IMG/VR virus record: IMGVR_UViG_3300044302_000993
Span: 1-24,465 of that record
Direction: 5' to 3' (one strand)
DNA from: a virus
Taxonomy: Duplodnaviria; Caudoviricetes
DNA: 24,465 nt
Shown: positions 1 to 7,934 of the stretch, piece after piece
Numbering within the stretch: position 1 is the first letter of the stretch
Layout: each line of letters opens with the position of its first letter
Notes under the pieces: generated by a model
What the model was told of the DNA's origin: nothing
The model's database searches: none
What the model saw: only the letters and a program-made list of their open reading frames with translations
Translations under genes and position numbers: made by a program

Positions 1-267
1 ATCAGCAGCCATGTCATGATATAACATATCAAGTTGGTCTCCTATTGCAGCGTAAGATTCTTGTCTTGCTCTCTTATAATCGTTATCTTGTGAATCTAAT
101 TTACTAGCAGCTAAGTCAGTAACGGCTTGGTCATACTCTGCGTCAGTAAATTCTCTTACTTCATTATTGACTTGAGCTTTCATGCCATCGCCACCGTTAG
201 CTGTCTTCTTTGCATCAACCTCTGCTTGAGCTTCTGCTGTAAATTGTTCTAATGTTTTAATTACCAT
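1..267 (-). CDS. Tail fibre-associated small protein (assembly/cap-like); 3'-truncated and absent from the ORF track
   Basis: Translated by hand from ATG at 267 (AGGA upstream): MVIKTLEQFTAEAQAEVDAKK...DYKRARQESYAAIGDQLDMLYHDMAAD, open to the window edge (89 codons). The Y-x-x-x-R-x-x-x-Y-x-x-I-x-DQLDML-x-HD motif is typical of small proteins encoded next to phage fibre genes. Confidence 0.75.
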   Translation of the reverse strand, partial: MVIKTLEQFTAEAQAEVDAKKTANGGDGMKAQVNNEVREFTDAEYDQAVTDLAASKLDSQDNDYKRARQESYAAIGDQLDMLYHDMAAD

Positions 268-275
268 ATTAGTTC

Positions 276-656
276 CTATTCTACCTCATCCCAAGAGGTA
301 TTGTCTTCATTCCAAACATATCTTTTTCCATCATCAGGGTAATCAACTGGTGCTTCCCATATCCATGTAGATGTATTAAGTATCCAACTATCATAAGGTT
401 TAGGTGTATAAAATACATCATTAGTTGAATCATAAGTATAACCTATACCTGCGTAGTTACCTCTAAAAGGAGTTCCTCCTAATAAATGTTCATTGCCATT
501 AGTATTATAAGAAGTTCTTTTACAAGTAGCTCCATGAAAATTTCCATACCATTCTTCCCAATCTACAGTAACTCCATCTCTTTTTTCGTCTTCGTTTTTT
601 CCAACAATAACTTGGGTTACTATATTGTTCTCATCTAAAAATGCATAATGTGCCAT
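276..656 (-). CDS. Tail fibre-associated protein, partner of the glycine-rich protein (126 aa)
   Basis: MAHYAFLDENNIVTQVIV...TSYN...FRGNYAGIGYTYD...PKPYDSW...WEAPVDYP...YVWNE. Trp-rich small protein of a type commonly found directly after glycine-rich fibre genes in aquatic phages. Confidence 0.65.
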   Translation of the reverse strand: MAHYAFLDENNIVTQVIVGKNEDEKRDGVTVDWEEWYGNFHGATCKRTSYNTNGNEHLLGGTPFRGNYAGIGYTYDSTNDVFYTPKPYDSWILNTSTWIWEAPVDYPDDGKRYVWNEDNTSWDEVE

Positions 657-660
657 ATTA

Positions 661-1665
661 CTATCCTAATGTAACCGTATCTGAACCTGCAGTAAATGTA
701 ACAACTGTATCTCCACCATCTGTAGCTGTACTTGATGTTAAACTTCCACCAATAGTAATTGAAGTACCTGTTGCATATCTAATAATAACAACACCTGAAC
801 CTCCTGCACCACCAGTTGGATTTACACCACCATCTTGTTGAGAGCCTCCACCTCCACCGCCACCAGTATTAGTAGTACCTCCATTTCCATTTCTACCCAC
901 TGATGCACCTGAATAGTTTCCGTTACCTCCACCACCGTTACCTGTTCCAGTATTACCACGACCACCTGAGCCTCCACCACCGCCTCTTTCTACTGAAGCT
1001 CCAGTTATTGAAGAAGATAATCCATCTGCACCATGCATACCAACAGTTGTAACATTAGCTACAGGTGTTTGTCCATCTGCTGAGGTTGAACCATTACCAT
1101 AAGCTCCACCTCCACCTCCACCTTGAGATGGGTTAGTTCCAGTACCATTACCGTAAGCACCGTCTCCACCTTGATTTGCTGTACCTGCACCACCGTTTCC
1201 TCTAGTACCTGAGTTTTGACCTCCACCGCCACCTGAACCTCCTGCACCACCAGCTCCACCTGCACCGCCACCTTTACCTCCGCCAACAGAAGTTACAGAA
1301 CTAAAAACACTATCACTTCCATTTGCAGCACCATTGTTAACTGAACCTGAACCACCTGCACCTACAGTTACTGTAAAGCTAGTACCTGGTAAAATTTCTA
1401 ATGGTGTCTCTGTTGAACCTTGGTCTCCTGAAGTCTCAGAAGCATAAGAATTACGATAGCCTCCGCCACCGCCTCCACCACCTGAGTCTCCACCTGCTCC
1501 ACCACCACCTGCTATTACTAGATAAGAAACCTCTAAAGGTTGTAGTTTATATTTGCCTTGACCTAATAAATCTATAACATCATTTGGTTTAAATATACCA
1601 TGATTCTGAGATGATGATTGCGTTGGTGTTGCACTATCAGGTCCTATGTATCCGTACTTACTCAT
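661..1665 (-). CDS. Glycine-rich tail fibre tip/adhesin-like protein (334 aa)
   Basis: YLVIAGGGGAG...GGGGGGG...TVTVGAGG...GSDSVF...GGSGGG...NTGGGGGG...GGSGVVIIRY pattern of phage glycine-rich (polyglycine-II-like) domains; lies in the fibre cassette. Confidence 0.75.
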   Translation of the reverse strand: MSKYGYIGPDSATPTQSSSQNHGIFKPNDVIDLLGQGKYKLQPLEVSYLVIAGGGGAGGDSGGGGGGGGYRNSYASETSGDQGSTETPLEILPGTSFTVTVGAGGSGSVNNGAANGSDSVFSSVTSVGGGKGGGAGGAGGAGGSGGGGGQNSGTRGNGGAGTANQGGDGAYGNGTGTNPSQGGGGGGAYGNGSTSADGQTPVANVTTVGMHGADGLSSSITGASVERGGGGGSGGRGNTGTGNGGGGNGNYSGASVGRNGNGGTTNTGGGGGGGSQQDGGVNPTGGAGGSGVVIIRYATGTSITIGGSLTSSTATDGGDTVVTFTAGSDTVTLG

Positions 1666-2177
1666 TATGTTGCTACCTTATATAAAATTGCACTTGCACC
1701 ACTTATAAATGTGCCACCACTTGTACCGTATAGTTCTATACCATCACTAGCACTTGCTACTTTATGAAGTCCACCGCCAATAGCACCTGCTGTTTGATTA
1801 GATACTATACAACAGTTTTCATTTTGAATAATACTATATAAAGATGATGAGTTAAAGTTATAAAGATAAAGTATTGCTTGTCCACCACCATAATCGTTAT
1901 CAACATTTTCCATAATTCTAGTAGCTGTGCCACCTGTATAACCATTATTAGTAAAACCTGTAATAGAACTTAATACTTTAGTACCATAATCATAATTTGA
2001 AGTTGAGTCAGCAGTACCTGATTTAGTTACTCGTAAATTTATTACTTCATTATTGTTTTGAGTTTGTATTAATCTTAAAGCTAATAAATATACATCATCA
2101 CTATCTATACCTGTAACTTTTAATGTTGTAGCACTTCCATCACTAACTACTTTATTTACATAAACTAATTTACTCAT
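1665..2177 (-). CDS. Putative fibre/receptor-binding beta-sandwich protein, paralog C (170 aa)
   Basis: Shares motifs with 2177..2713 and 2710..3351 (DVY, NYDY, LYNF, GGG...GIELY, final LYK strand); TAATG-coupled on both sides. Confidence 0.55.
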   Translation of the reverse strand: MSKLVYVNKVVSDGSATTLKVTGIDSDDVYLLALRLIQTQNNNEVINLRVTKSGTADSTSNYDYGTKVLSSITGFTNNGYTGGTATRIMENVDNDYGGGQAILYLYNFNSSSLYSIIQNENCCIVSNQTAGAIGGGLHKVASASDGIELYGTSGGTFISGASAILYKVAT

Positions 2178-2713
2178 TAATCTACCCTCAATCCATATAC
2201 ACTTATATAAGCAGAAAATGTATTAGAAGCATTAGAAGAATAGAAATTAATTCCTGTCATACTTACTTCTTGTTTTAAACAACCAATACCTTTTTGCGAC
2301 CTTTGTTTATTATTTGAACTATCATATCCACCTACACCCTCAAAAGTCATAAATGTATAGGCATCACTTTGATAAGGATTATAAATCCAATGAACACCAC
2401 CACCATTTTCATAATTACCAATTATTGGACCTGCATAAGAGTAAGCACCGTTTTGAAACTTATCTTCATCTTTTGTTGTTTCAGCTTTCATGTGCATATT
2501 TGCACTATCATAATTACTTGCAGTAACTATATCGCCACTTGAATTTATAAACCTTGCTTTTAAAGCAATAACATCTGTGTTAGAAACATCATAAGTAGTT
2601 CGTGCAACAGTTACTTTATAAAAATCAAAATCAGAAGAAAATACATCCTCTATAGATACACTTGATATACCTGAAGATGTTGCTGTTTGTTTTATTAATC
2701 TTAAATTACTCAT
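2177..2713 (-). CDS. Putative fibre/receptor-binding beta-sandwich protein, paralog B (178 aa)
   Basis: LRLIKQT...SSVSIEDVFSSDFDFYKV...NYDSA...WIYNPY...TGINFYS...ISVYGL; same pattern as its two neighbours. Confidence 0.55.
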   Translation of the reverse strand: MSNLRLIKQTATSSGISSVSIEDVFSSDFDFYKVTVARTTYDVSNTDVIALKARFINSSGDIVTASNYDSANMHMKAETTKDEDKFQNGAYSYAGPIIGNYENGGGVHWIYNPYQSDAYTFMTFEGVGGYDSSNNKQRSQKGIGCLKQEVSMTGINFYSSNASNTFSAYISVYGLRVD

Positions 2714-3351
2714 ATTTTTTTTACACCATGAATAGATACATCAAGAGTATTTATATTTCCTAATGTTCCACCTGAACTAATACTTCTAAACATAACACCT
2801 GTTGAAACTTCTGCAGTATCATAAACACCACCACCCATAATTGTTGTATAAGTACCATTTTGGTCAAAAAAAGTTGATGAATAAGTTACTGCTGTTCTTT
2901 CAGAAGTATCAGCACCATAAATATAAATATGTCCGTTAGCATTTTCGCCTGTACTTGAACCACCACCACCCATTATTCTTAAATAAGTTGCACTTGTAGA
3001 TTTATTTTCGCCACTACCAGTAGCTGCAGTATTATAAAAATTTGCATATTGATAGCCACTTGTTATTTCTCCACTTGCATTCTTTAATCTAAAGTAAAGC
3101 ATATTTTCATCATTAGCAGGTACAAAGTTTTTCCATTGAATTAAATAAACATCATGATTACCTACAAGACAATCATTAAATTCTAAAGTTTGTGCAGAGT
3201 TATCAGAGCTACCACTTGTAATTAATTCTAATGAGCCACCTAAATGACCTTTTGATTGTAATTCTACTACATCACTAGGTGTAAGGATTCCATCATTTTT
3301 CTTAACTTGTTTTATCTTGGTTGAAGTATCACCCAAATATCCATACGACAT
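2710..3351 (-). CDS. Putative fibre/receptor-binding protein, paralog A, with N-terminal docking peptide (213 aa)
   Basis: N-terminal YGYLG...NDGILTPSDVVEL peptide shared with 661..1665; the rest (LELI...HDVYLI...YQYA...NGHIYIY...GGGVY...TGVMF...VSIHGVK) resembles the two downstream ORFs. Confidence 0.55.
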   Translation of the reverse strand: MSYGYLGDTSTKIKQVKKNDGILTPSDVVELQSKGHLGGSLELITSGSSDNSAQTLEFNDCLVGNHDVYLIQWKNFVPANDENMLYFRLKNASGEITSGYQYANFYNTAATGSGENKSTSATYLRIMGGGGSSTGENANGHIYIYGADTSERTAVTYSSTFFDQNGTYTTIMGGGVYDTAEVSTGVMFRSISSGGTLGNINTLDVSIHGVKKI

Positions 3352-3360
3352 GGGTTACTC

Positions 3361-3696
3361 CTAATCTGTTATTTCAAGATAACTTGCAAAAAATTCTATA
3401 TCACCTGCTGTTGATGCTTTTACTTGTATTTTATCAGTAGCTTCTAATACTAACTTAGATGTACCTAATACATCTAAAGAAGTGTCAGCAGGTACTGTCA
3501 TAGTATAAGCAATATAAGCATCCTCTGAGCCTCCACCGTCAACGACTCTTACATCTATAGTTGCATCATTAGTTCCATCAACATTAGTTGCTCTTAACAT
3601 TAAGACTATTGCCTCATGGTTTGCATCTAATGCAGGAATTAAATCAGTTAATGATGTAGTACCGTTTTCCCATTGGTTTTTAAATACATTTGCCAT
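3361..3696 (-). CDS. Small beta-rich fibre connector-like virion protein (111 aa)
   Basis: MANVFKN...TNVDG...TVPADTSLDVL...KLVLEATDKIQV...SYLEIT; GAGG RBS. Type of small protein commonly seen after fibre proteins ending in -IALG in aquatic phages. Confidence 0.55.
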   Translation of the reverse strand: MANVFKNQWENGTTSLTDLIPALDANHEAIVLMLRATNVDGTNDATIDVRVVDGGGSEDAYIAYTMTVPADTSLDVLGTSKLVLEATDKIQVKASTAGDIEFFASYLEITD

Positions 3697-3706
3697 ATTA
3701 TTCCTC

Positions 3707-4357
3707 TTATCCTAGTGCTATTACTAATCCAATATCGGCATAGCCTTTGCCATCTACATAGTCTTTAACGGCTGCTGATGTTGGAATTGTTGTGTCGTTA
3801 TCGTTTGATGAGATACCTTCTGATTCTGTAACAAGTGTACCTGCAGCAATTTCTGATGCAGTAACTGATACAGTAAAAGTTAAATCATAAGGGTCTGCAT
3901 CTGTACCATCTGTAACATCTGTCCAGTCAATATCAATACCGCCACCTTCGACAAACTTTATTTCTCTTGCTGTATATACACCTGATGCAACAGCAGGAGC
4001 AATAGTAACTTCAGTACCATCTCCATCTTCTAATATAAAACCTTGTTGTATAGCATCATGTGCTTCTTCAAAATGTTGTTTAACTACAGCTAATCTAACT
4101 TTTGTACCTGACGCATGTGTAGGGTCTGTTCCATGCTTACTATCAATATCTCTTGTGACTGTAGCAGCAGCATGGTTTGTTCCTGTTGACCATAATACAA
4201 CTTCTCTTGTGCTGTCATTATCAGGGTCTATTACAAAATAAGCAGGAGAATCTACTCCTGGGTCATCTGTTAAATTCATTGAAGTACCACCACTAGCTAG
4301 CTGTGCAGCAAGTGTGGTTTCAAAAGCGTTTACTAAATTAGTCTCTCTAGCTGTCAT
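3707..4357 (-). CDS. Proximal tail fibre/anchor protein (216 aa)
   Basis: First gene after the nozzle. N-terminal beta domain (TTLAAQL...REVV...VTR...HASGTKV), fibre motif IPTSAAVKDYVD and hydrophobic C-terminus IGLVIALG. Confidence 0.6.
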   Translation of the reverse strand: MTARETNLVNAFETTLAAQLASGGTSMNLTDDPGVDSPAYFVIDPDNDSTREVVLWSTGTNHAAATVTRDIDSKHGTDPTHASGTKVRLAVVKQHFEEAHDAIQQGFILEDGDGTEVTIAPAVASGVYTAREIKFVEGGGIDIDWTDVTDGTDADPYDLTFTVSVTASEIAAGTLVTESEGISSNDNDTTIPTSAAVKDYVDGKGYADIGLVIALG

Positions 4358-4384
4358 ATCTATCTTTCATTATATACTATTTTC

Positions 4385-6325
4385 CTATCCAAATCTCATA
4401 ATTGCAAATCCATTTACACCAAGTATATCGCCTGATGTAACTGCTGCAAAAGTCTCTTGTCGAGTACCTCTGACTGTAAGTATAGCATACTGTGTCACGC
4501 TGCCAATGTTTGGATTAGATTGTATTGGATAACTTATTTTTTCTACAACACCTCTTATTACTTCTGCAGGGTCATAGATTTCAAGTGTTACTGCGCTACC
4601 TTCTTTATCTTTTAAAGATTGATAAATTGTTTCTCCTAAATTTTTAACGAGTATAGGTTTTCTATATGGTCGTTCAACTCTATCAGATAAATTAACTGGT
4701 ATCTGTACAACTACTAATTCAGGTCTTGCCAAAGCTCTAACATTAAAAGATTTAAACTTTGGAGTTGATGTACCATTACCTTTTAAAACTATTTTAGGTA
4801 CAACATATCTAGCAACTCTTGATATTTGTACTTCTTCTCCACCAATACCTGATTGTATATTAACTTCTAAATCAAAAGAACTATCGTTAGAATCATTTAT
4901 TGCTTCGTATGTATTTGATATATGTAACTCTACACTTTCACCAGTTGCAAGTTCTTCTACATCTATTTCTGCACCCACATATTGCTTAGATTCTGCTGTA
5001 AAAAAATCAGCAGGAGGTGCTATAATATAACCTTCTTCTTCATAATTACCTGTTTGTTGATAAACTCCACTACCACTAACTGTAAATAAAAACTTTTCAT
5101 CTACATGACATATACCATAAACATTTCCACCTGCACTTGCTTTGTAGTATCTAGCTATACCTGAAGTAGGTAAATAATATCTCCATAAAAATGTTGTGCT
5201 ACCTGATTCTTTTATTCCACAATAAATAGAATCTCTTGTTGTGTATAAATAATAAGGTGCATTGTCAATAGCATCTACATCCCATTGTTTAATTAATTGA
5301 TTGTTTGCTAATACATACAAGTCATCTGCAACTGTTAAATCGGCACGGTATAATCTTCCAATAACTTTGTTTCCTGTTATTTGTGTGGCTTTGGTGCCAT
5401 AAAAAATTATACCCTGTGATTCAACTATGCAAGTTGGAGATTCTCCTGTAAGTTCTGATTGACCTTTAGCAGTTAGCGTACCACTTATATCTTTAAAAGA
5501 ATATATCTTACCATCTGAAGCTGTAGCTAATACAACAGCACCTGCATCACAAACATCTGTAAATGTTTCTCCTGTTCCTAATGTAATAATTGCAGTACCT
5601 ACAGTTGTATTACCATCATAAGGGTGTATTGCACTACCAATACTTACTAAGAACTGTCCTTTAACTGACCATATCTTATCGTAAATAGCAGCAGACATTT
5701 TTTGTGATGAAGAACCAGGAGTAGCATTAGCAGTAGGAAGTAATTCTATTTCCCCTGCCGAACCATTGTTAGCAGTTATATATAAATCTGTACCATCTAC
5801 AGCTAAACCTTTTATGTGATAACCTGCTGTTAAGTTTGTAGATTGTGTACTCCATGTATCTCCACCATCAGTAGATATATATAAAGTAGCATCATCAGAA
5901 ACAAAAATATTTGTTCCTGCTACAGCTATAGAATTATCATTATCACTTGAACTTAATGCTTGTTCTAATTCTGTAGTATTTAATAACTGAACATTATATG
6001 CTTTACCTAAGTCTTGGTTAAATACATCTACACCTTCACTATCCCAAAATCTTTTAGAATCTTGTGGAGTACCATCTCGTCTATGTGCATTATCTAAATT
6101 AGAACCACCTGTAAAATTATTCCTTGAATATATACGACCAATGTTAGAAGTAAAGTCTTCTGCATTTTGTTTTACATTAACTGATTGGTCTTGAACATCT
6201 GATGACTGTATTGTCATCTGTCTTTCAGGAGCTATTGCTGCTCTGTACAGTTGATTATCAATACGAAAGTCATAACCTTTTCGTTTAGGATTAAGTACCT
6301 CTGCTTGTGTAGTTAACCTAGGCAT
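4385..6325 (-). CDS. Tail nozzle / tail tubular protein B-like beta-propeller (646 aa)
   Basis: Follows the adaptor; beta-rich repeated blades with an Asp-box/BNR motif (YISTDGGDTWS); size and position match podovirus nozzle proteins (T7 gp12 / P22 gp10 analogues). Confidence 0.6.
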   Translation of the reverse strand: MPRLTTQAEVLNPKRKGYDFRIDNQLYRAAIAPERQMTIQSSDVQDQSVNVKQNAEDFTSNIGRIYSRNNFTGGSNLDNAHRRDGTPQDSKRFWDSEGVDVFNQDLGKAYNVQLLNTTELEQALSSSDNDNSIAVAGTNIFVSDDATLYISTDGGDTWSTQSTNLTAGYHIKGLAVDGTDLYITANNGSAGEIELLPTANATPGSSSQKMSAAIYDKIWSVKGQFLVSIGSAIHPYDGNTTVGTAIITLGTGETFTDVCDAGAVVLATASDGKIYSFKDISGTLTAKGQSELTGESPTCIVESQGIIFYGTKATQITGNKVIGRLYRADLTVADDLYVLANNQLIKQWDVDAIDNAPYYLYTTRDSIYCGIKESGSTTFLWRYYLPTSGIARYYKASAGGNVYGICHVDEKFLFTVSGSGVYQQTGNYEEEGYIIAPPADFFTAESKQYVGAEIDVEELATGESVELHISNTYEAINDSNDSSFDLEVNIQSGIGGEEVQISRVARYVVPKIVLKGNGTSTPKFKSFNVRALARPELVVVQIPVNLSDRVERPYRKPILVKNLGETIYQSLKDKEGSAVTLEIYDPAEVIRGVVEKISYPIQSNPNIGSVTQYAILTVRGTRQETFAAVTSGDILGVNGFAIMRFG

Positions 6326-7326
6326 TATGAATAAGCAATATTATTTATTGTTACTGGTTCAGGATATCTAGCTCTTAAATCTTTTCTAGCTTGTTGTAAT
6401 AATGCTCTTTGATATGCAAGTAATGAGTTTCTAATTCTTGTAGCAGAGTCAACAGGAAAACTTTCTAACTCTAATTGTTCTGAAATATAATCTGATGTTG
6501 CACTAGGTATATCTCTTCCTGACATCATTTGTGCTGCAACTCCTGCCATGATAATAGGTTCATATTCATCTTCTAAACCTATTGTTGTAAGTGTGTCAGA
6601 TTCTAATGTTGGTTCTATAAACTTCTTTTTAAATGTAACATAAACTTTATGTCCTGAAGATATACCAGTAAACTGTACAGCCTTAACATTGTCAGGACCT
6701 GTTGTATAAGTTATTGTTCTTTCTGTACCTGTGTCGTCAGTATATGTAAAAGGATTAGGCAAATCAACTAACTCAACTGCAACTCCTCTATAAGTTACTG
6801 TAGTTGAATCAGCACCTGCAGAAAAATCTGTATATTGTGATATAGCTTTTATTGGTGCTACTAAATTATTATGTGTACCAGGAGCATCATATGTTCCTAT
6901 TAAAGTATAACCATCACTTACAGTTATCTCTTGTGTGTCTACTGCAAATAATGTAGGATATAAGTTTTTAATTTGGTCACATACTGCATCGAATACAACT
7001 TTCCTTGGGAATGGTGGTGCAATTTTAACTATAGCTCCACTATCATGTGAGTCTGCTGATGTACCTCTTGCACCTCTAACAACTGTTACTTGATTATTAA
7101 CTGTGTCAAGAGCTGTACAATACATTAACTCATGTTCACATTCAATAACAGTTCCTGCATCCATTGCATCTTTTTCTTCTTGGGTTAACAAATCTCCATT
7201 AAAAGATAGTGTTGTAACACTTGAGTTCATAGAAGAACTTAATGCTGTATATGATGACAAGTCATCCATAGGTTCAAGATACTCTCTAAAAACTCTATCT
7301 ACTAATCCTCTAATATTTGTACTCAT
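6325..7326 (-). CDS. Head-tail adaptor / tail tubular protein A-like (333 aa)
   Basis: Helical N-terminus (IRGLVDRVFREYL) and C-terminus (YEPIIMAGVAAQMM...YQRALLQQARKDL) around a beta core; located between capsid and nozzle genes. Confidence 0.6.
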   Translation of the reverse strand: MSTNIRGLVDRVFREYLEPMDDLSSYTALSSSMNSSVTTLSFNGDLLTQEEKDAMDAGTVIECEHELMYCTALDTVNNQVTVVRGARGTSADSHDSGAIVKIAPPFPRKVVFDAVCDQIKNLYPTLFAVDTQEITVSDGYTLIGTYDAPGTHNNLVAPIKAISQYTDFSAGADSTTVTYRGVAVELVDLPNPFTYTDDTGTERTITYTTGPDNVKAVQFTGISSGHKVYVTFKKKFIEPTLESDTLTTIGLEDEYEPIIMAGVAAQMMSGRDIPSATSDYISEQLELESFPVDSATRIRNSLLAYQRALLQQARKDLRARYPEPVTINNIAYS

Positions 7327-7520
7327 TAAGCTGCCTTATCTTCTGCGTTTACTGTTTTAGCAAAATGTGATTGTCCGAACATAGCCATACCAAAAGCAGC
7401 ACTACGTACTTCACTTACAGGTACAGCAGCTTCCATAGGATAAGATTCTTGAATAGGTGTACTACCTTTAGAATCTATATCTAAAACTCTACCTTCTTTA
7501 AGCATTAAGAGCATACTCAT
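7326..7520 (-). CDS. Small hypothetical virion protein (64 aa)
   Basis: AGGAG RBS upstream of ATG; TAATG coupling to the adaptor; contains FGMAMFGQSHFA motif. Confidence 0.6.
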   Translation of the reverse strand: MSMLLMLKEGRVLDIDSKGSTPIQESYPMEAAVPVSEVRSAAFGMAMFGQSHFAKTVNAEDKAA

Positions 7521-7528
7521 TGTTACTC

Positions 7529-7861
7529 CTAACTGTGTCTAAAGTATAATGCTATGCTTCTGTCTGCTGCTTCTGTACCATTAGATGATACTCTGATATA
7601 TCCATTACTTGCAAAAGCCCAACCTGAAGGGTCTACTCTTAATAGGTTTCCTGCTGAAACTGTGTAGCTAACTTCTGTGCCGTCTGTTTCAAAAACATCA
7701 ACCCATCCTGTGCTACCGTTCATAGAGAAATCAAATGTAATTGCAGAACCTGTCATTGCTGCAGGGAACTCAATACCGCAAAGTAACATGCCATCTGTCT
7801 TTACAGCTAGGCTATCATTGTTATCTTCTGATACATCTATTAAAGCTGTTTTACTTATCAT
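7529..7861 (-). CDS. Small beta-sandwich virion protein, possible head decoration (110 aa)
   Basis: First gene after the capsid terminator; beta-rich (GIEFPAAMTGSAITF...YIRVSS...EAADRSI). Function inferred from position only. Confidence 0.5.
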   Translation of the reverse strand: MISKTALIDVSEDNNDSLAVKTDGMLLCGIEFPAAMTGSAITFDFSMNGSTGWVDVFETDGTEVSYTVSAGNLLRVDPSGWAFASNGYIRVSSNGTEAADRSIALYFRHS

Positions 7862-7870
7862 ATCTTCCTT

Positions 7871-7880
7871 ACTATAGCAG
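7871..7880 (-). promoter_or_regulatory. Candidate extended -10 promoter (CTGCTATAGT)
   Basis: TG-n-TATAGT immediately after the terminator; 9/10 identical to CTGCTATACT at 9740..9749; only 9 nt upstream of the ATG at 7861. Confidence 0.5.
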
Positions 7881-7910
7881 AAGAAAAGGGTGGAGGTGGA
7901 GTTCCACCCT
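7881..7910 (-). terminator. Rho-independent terminator after the major capsid gene
   Basis: Minus-strand RNA AGGGUGGA-ACUCCACC-UCCACCCU-UUUCUU: 8-bp GC-rich stem plus U-rich tail, 24 nt after the capsid stop codon. Confidence 0.8.
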
Positions 7911-7934
7911 AATCTTCAATTTATTATTATAACT

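Noticed and set aside
1059-1286. Nested minus-strand 75-aa Val/Glu/Gln-rich ORF
   Set aside because: Alternative-frame by-product of repeated GGT/GGA glycine codons in the 334-aa gene.
800-1510. Repeated ccacc/ccgcc units as a CRISPR array or DNA tandem repeat
   Set aside because: They are glycine codon runs with no fixed repeat-spacer periodicity.
4369-4374. Perfect TATAAT 11 nt upstream of the fibre stub gene
   Set aside because: No -35 or TG extension, and the hexamer is likely by chance in AT-rich DNA; possible but unsupported.
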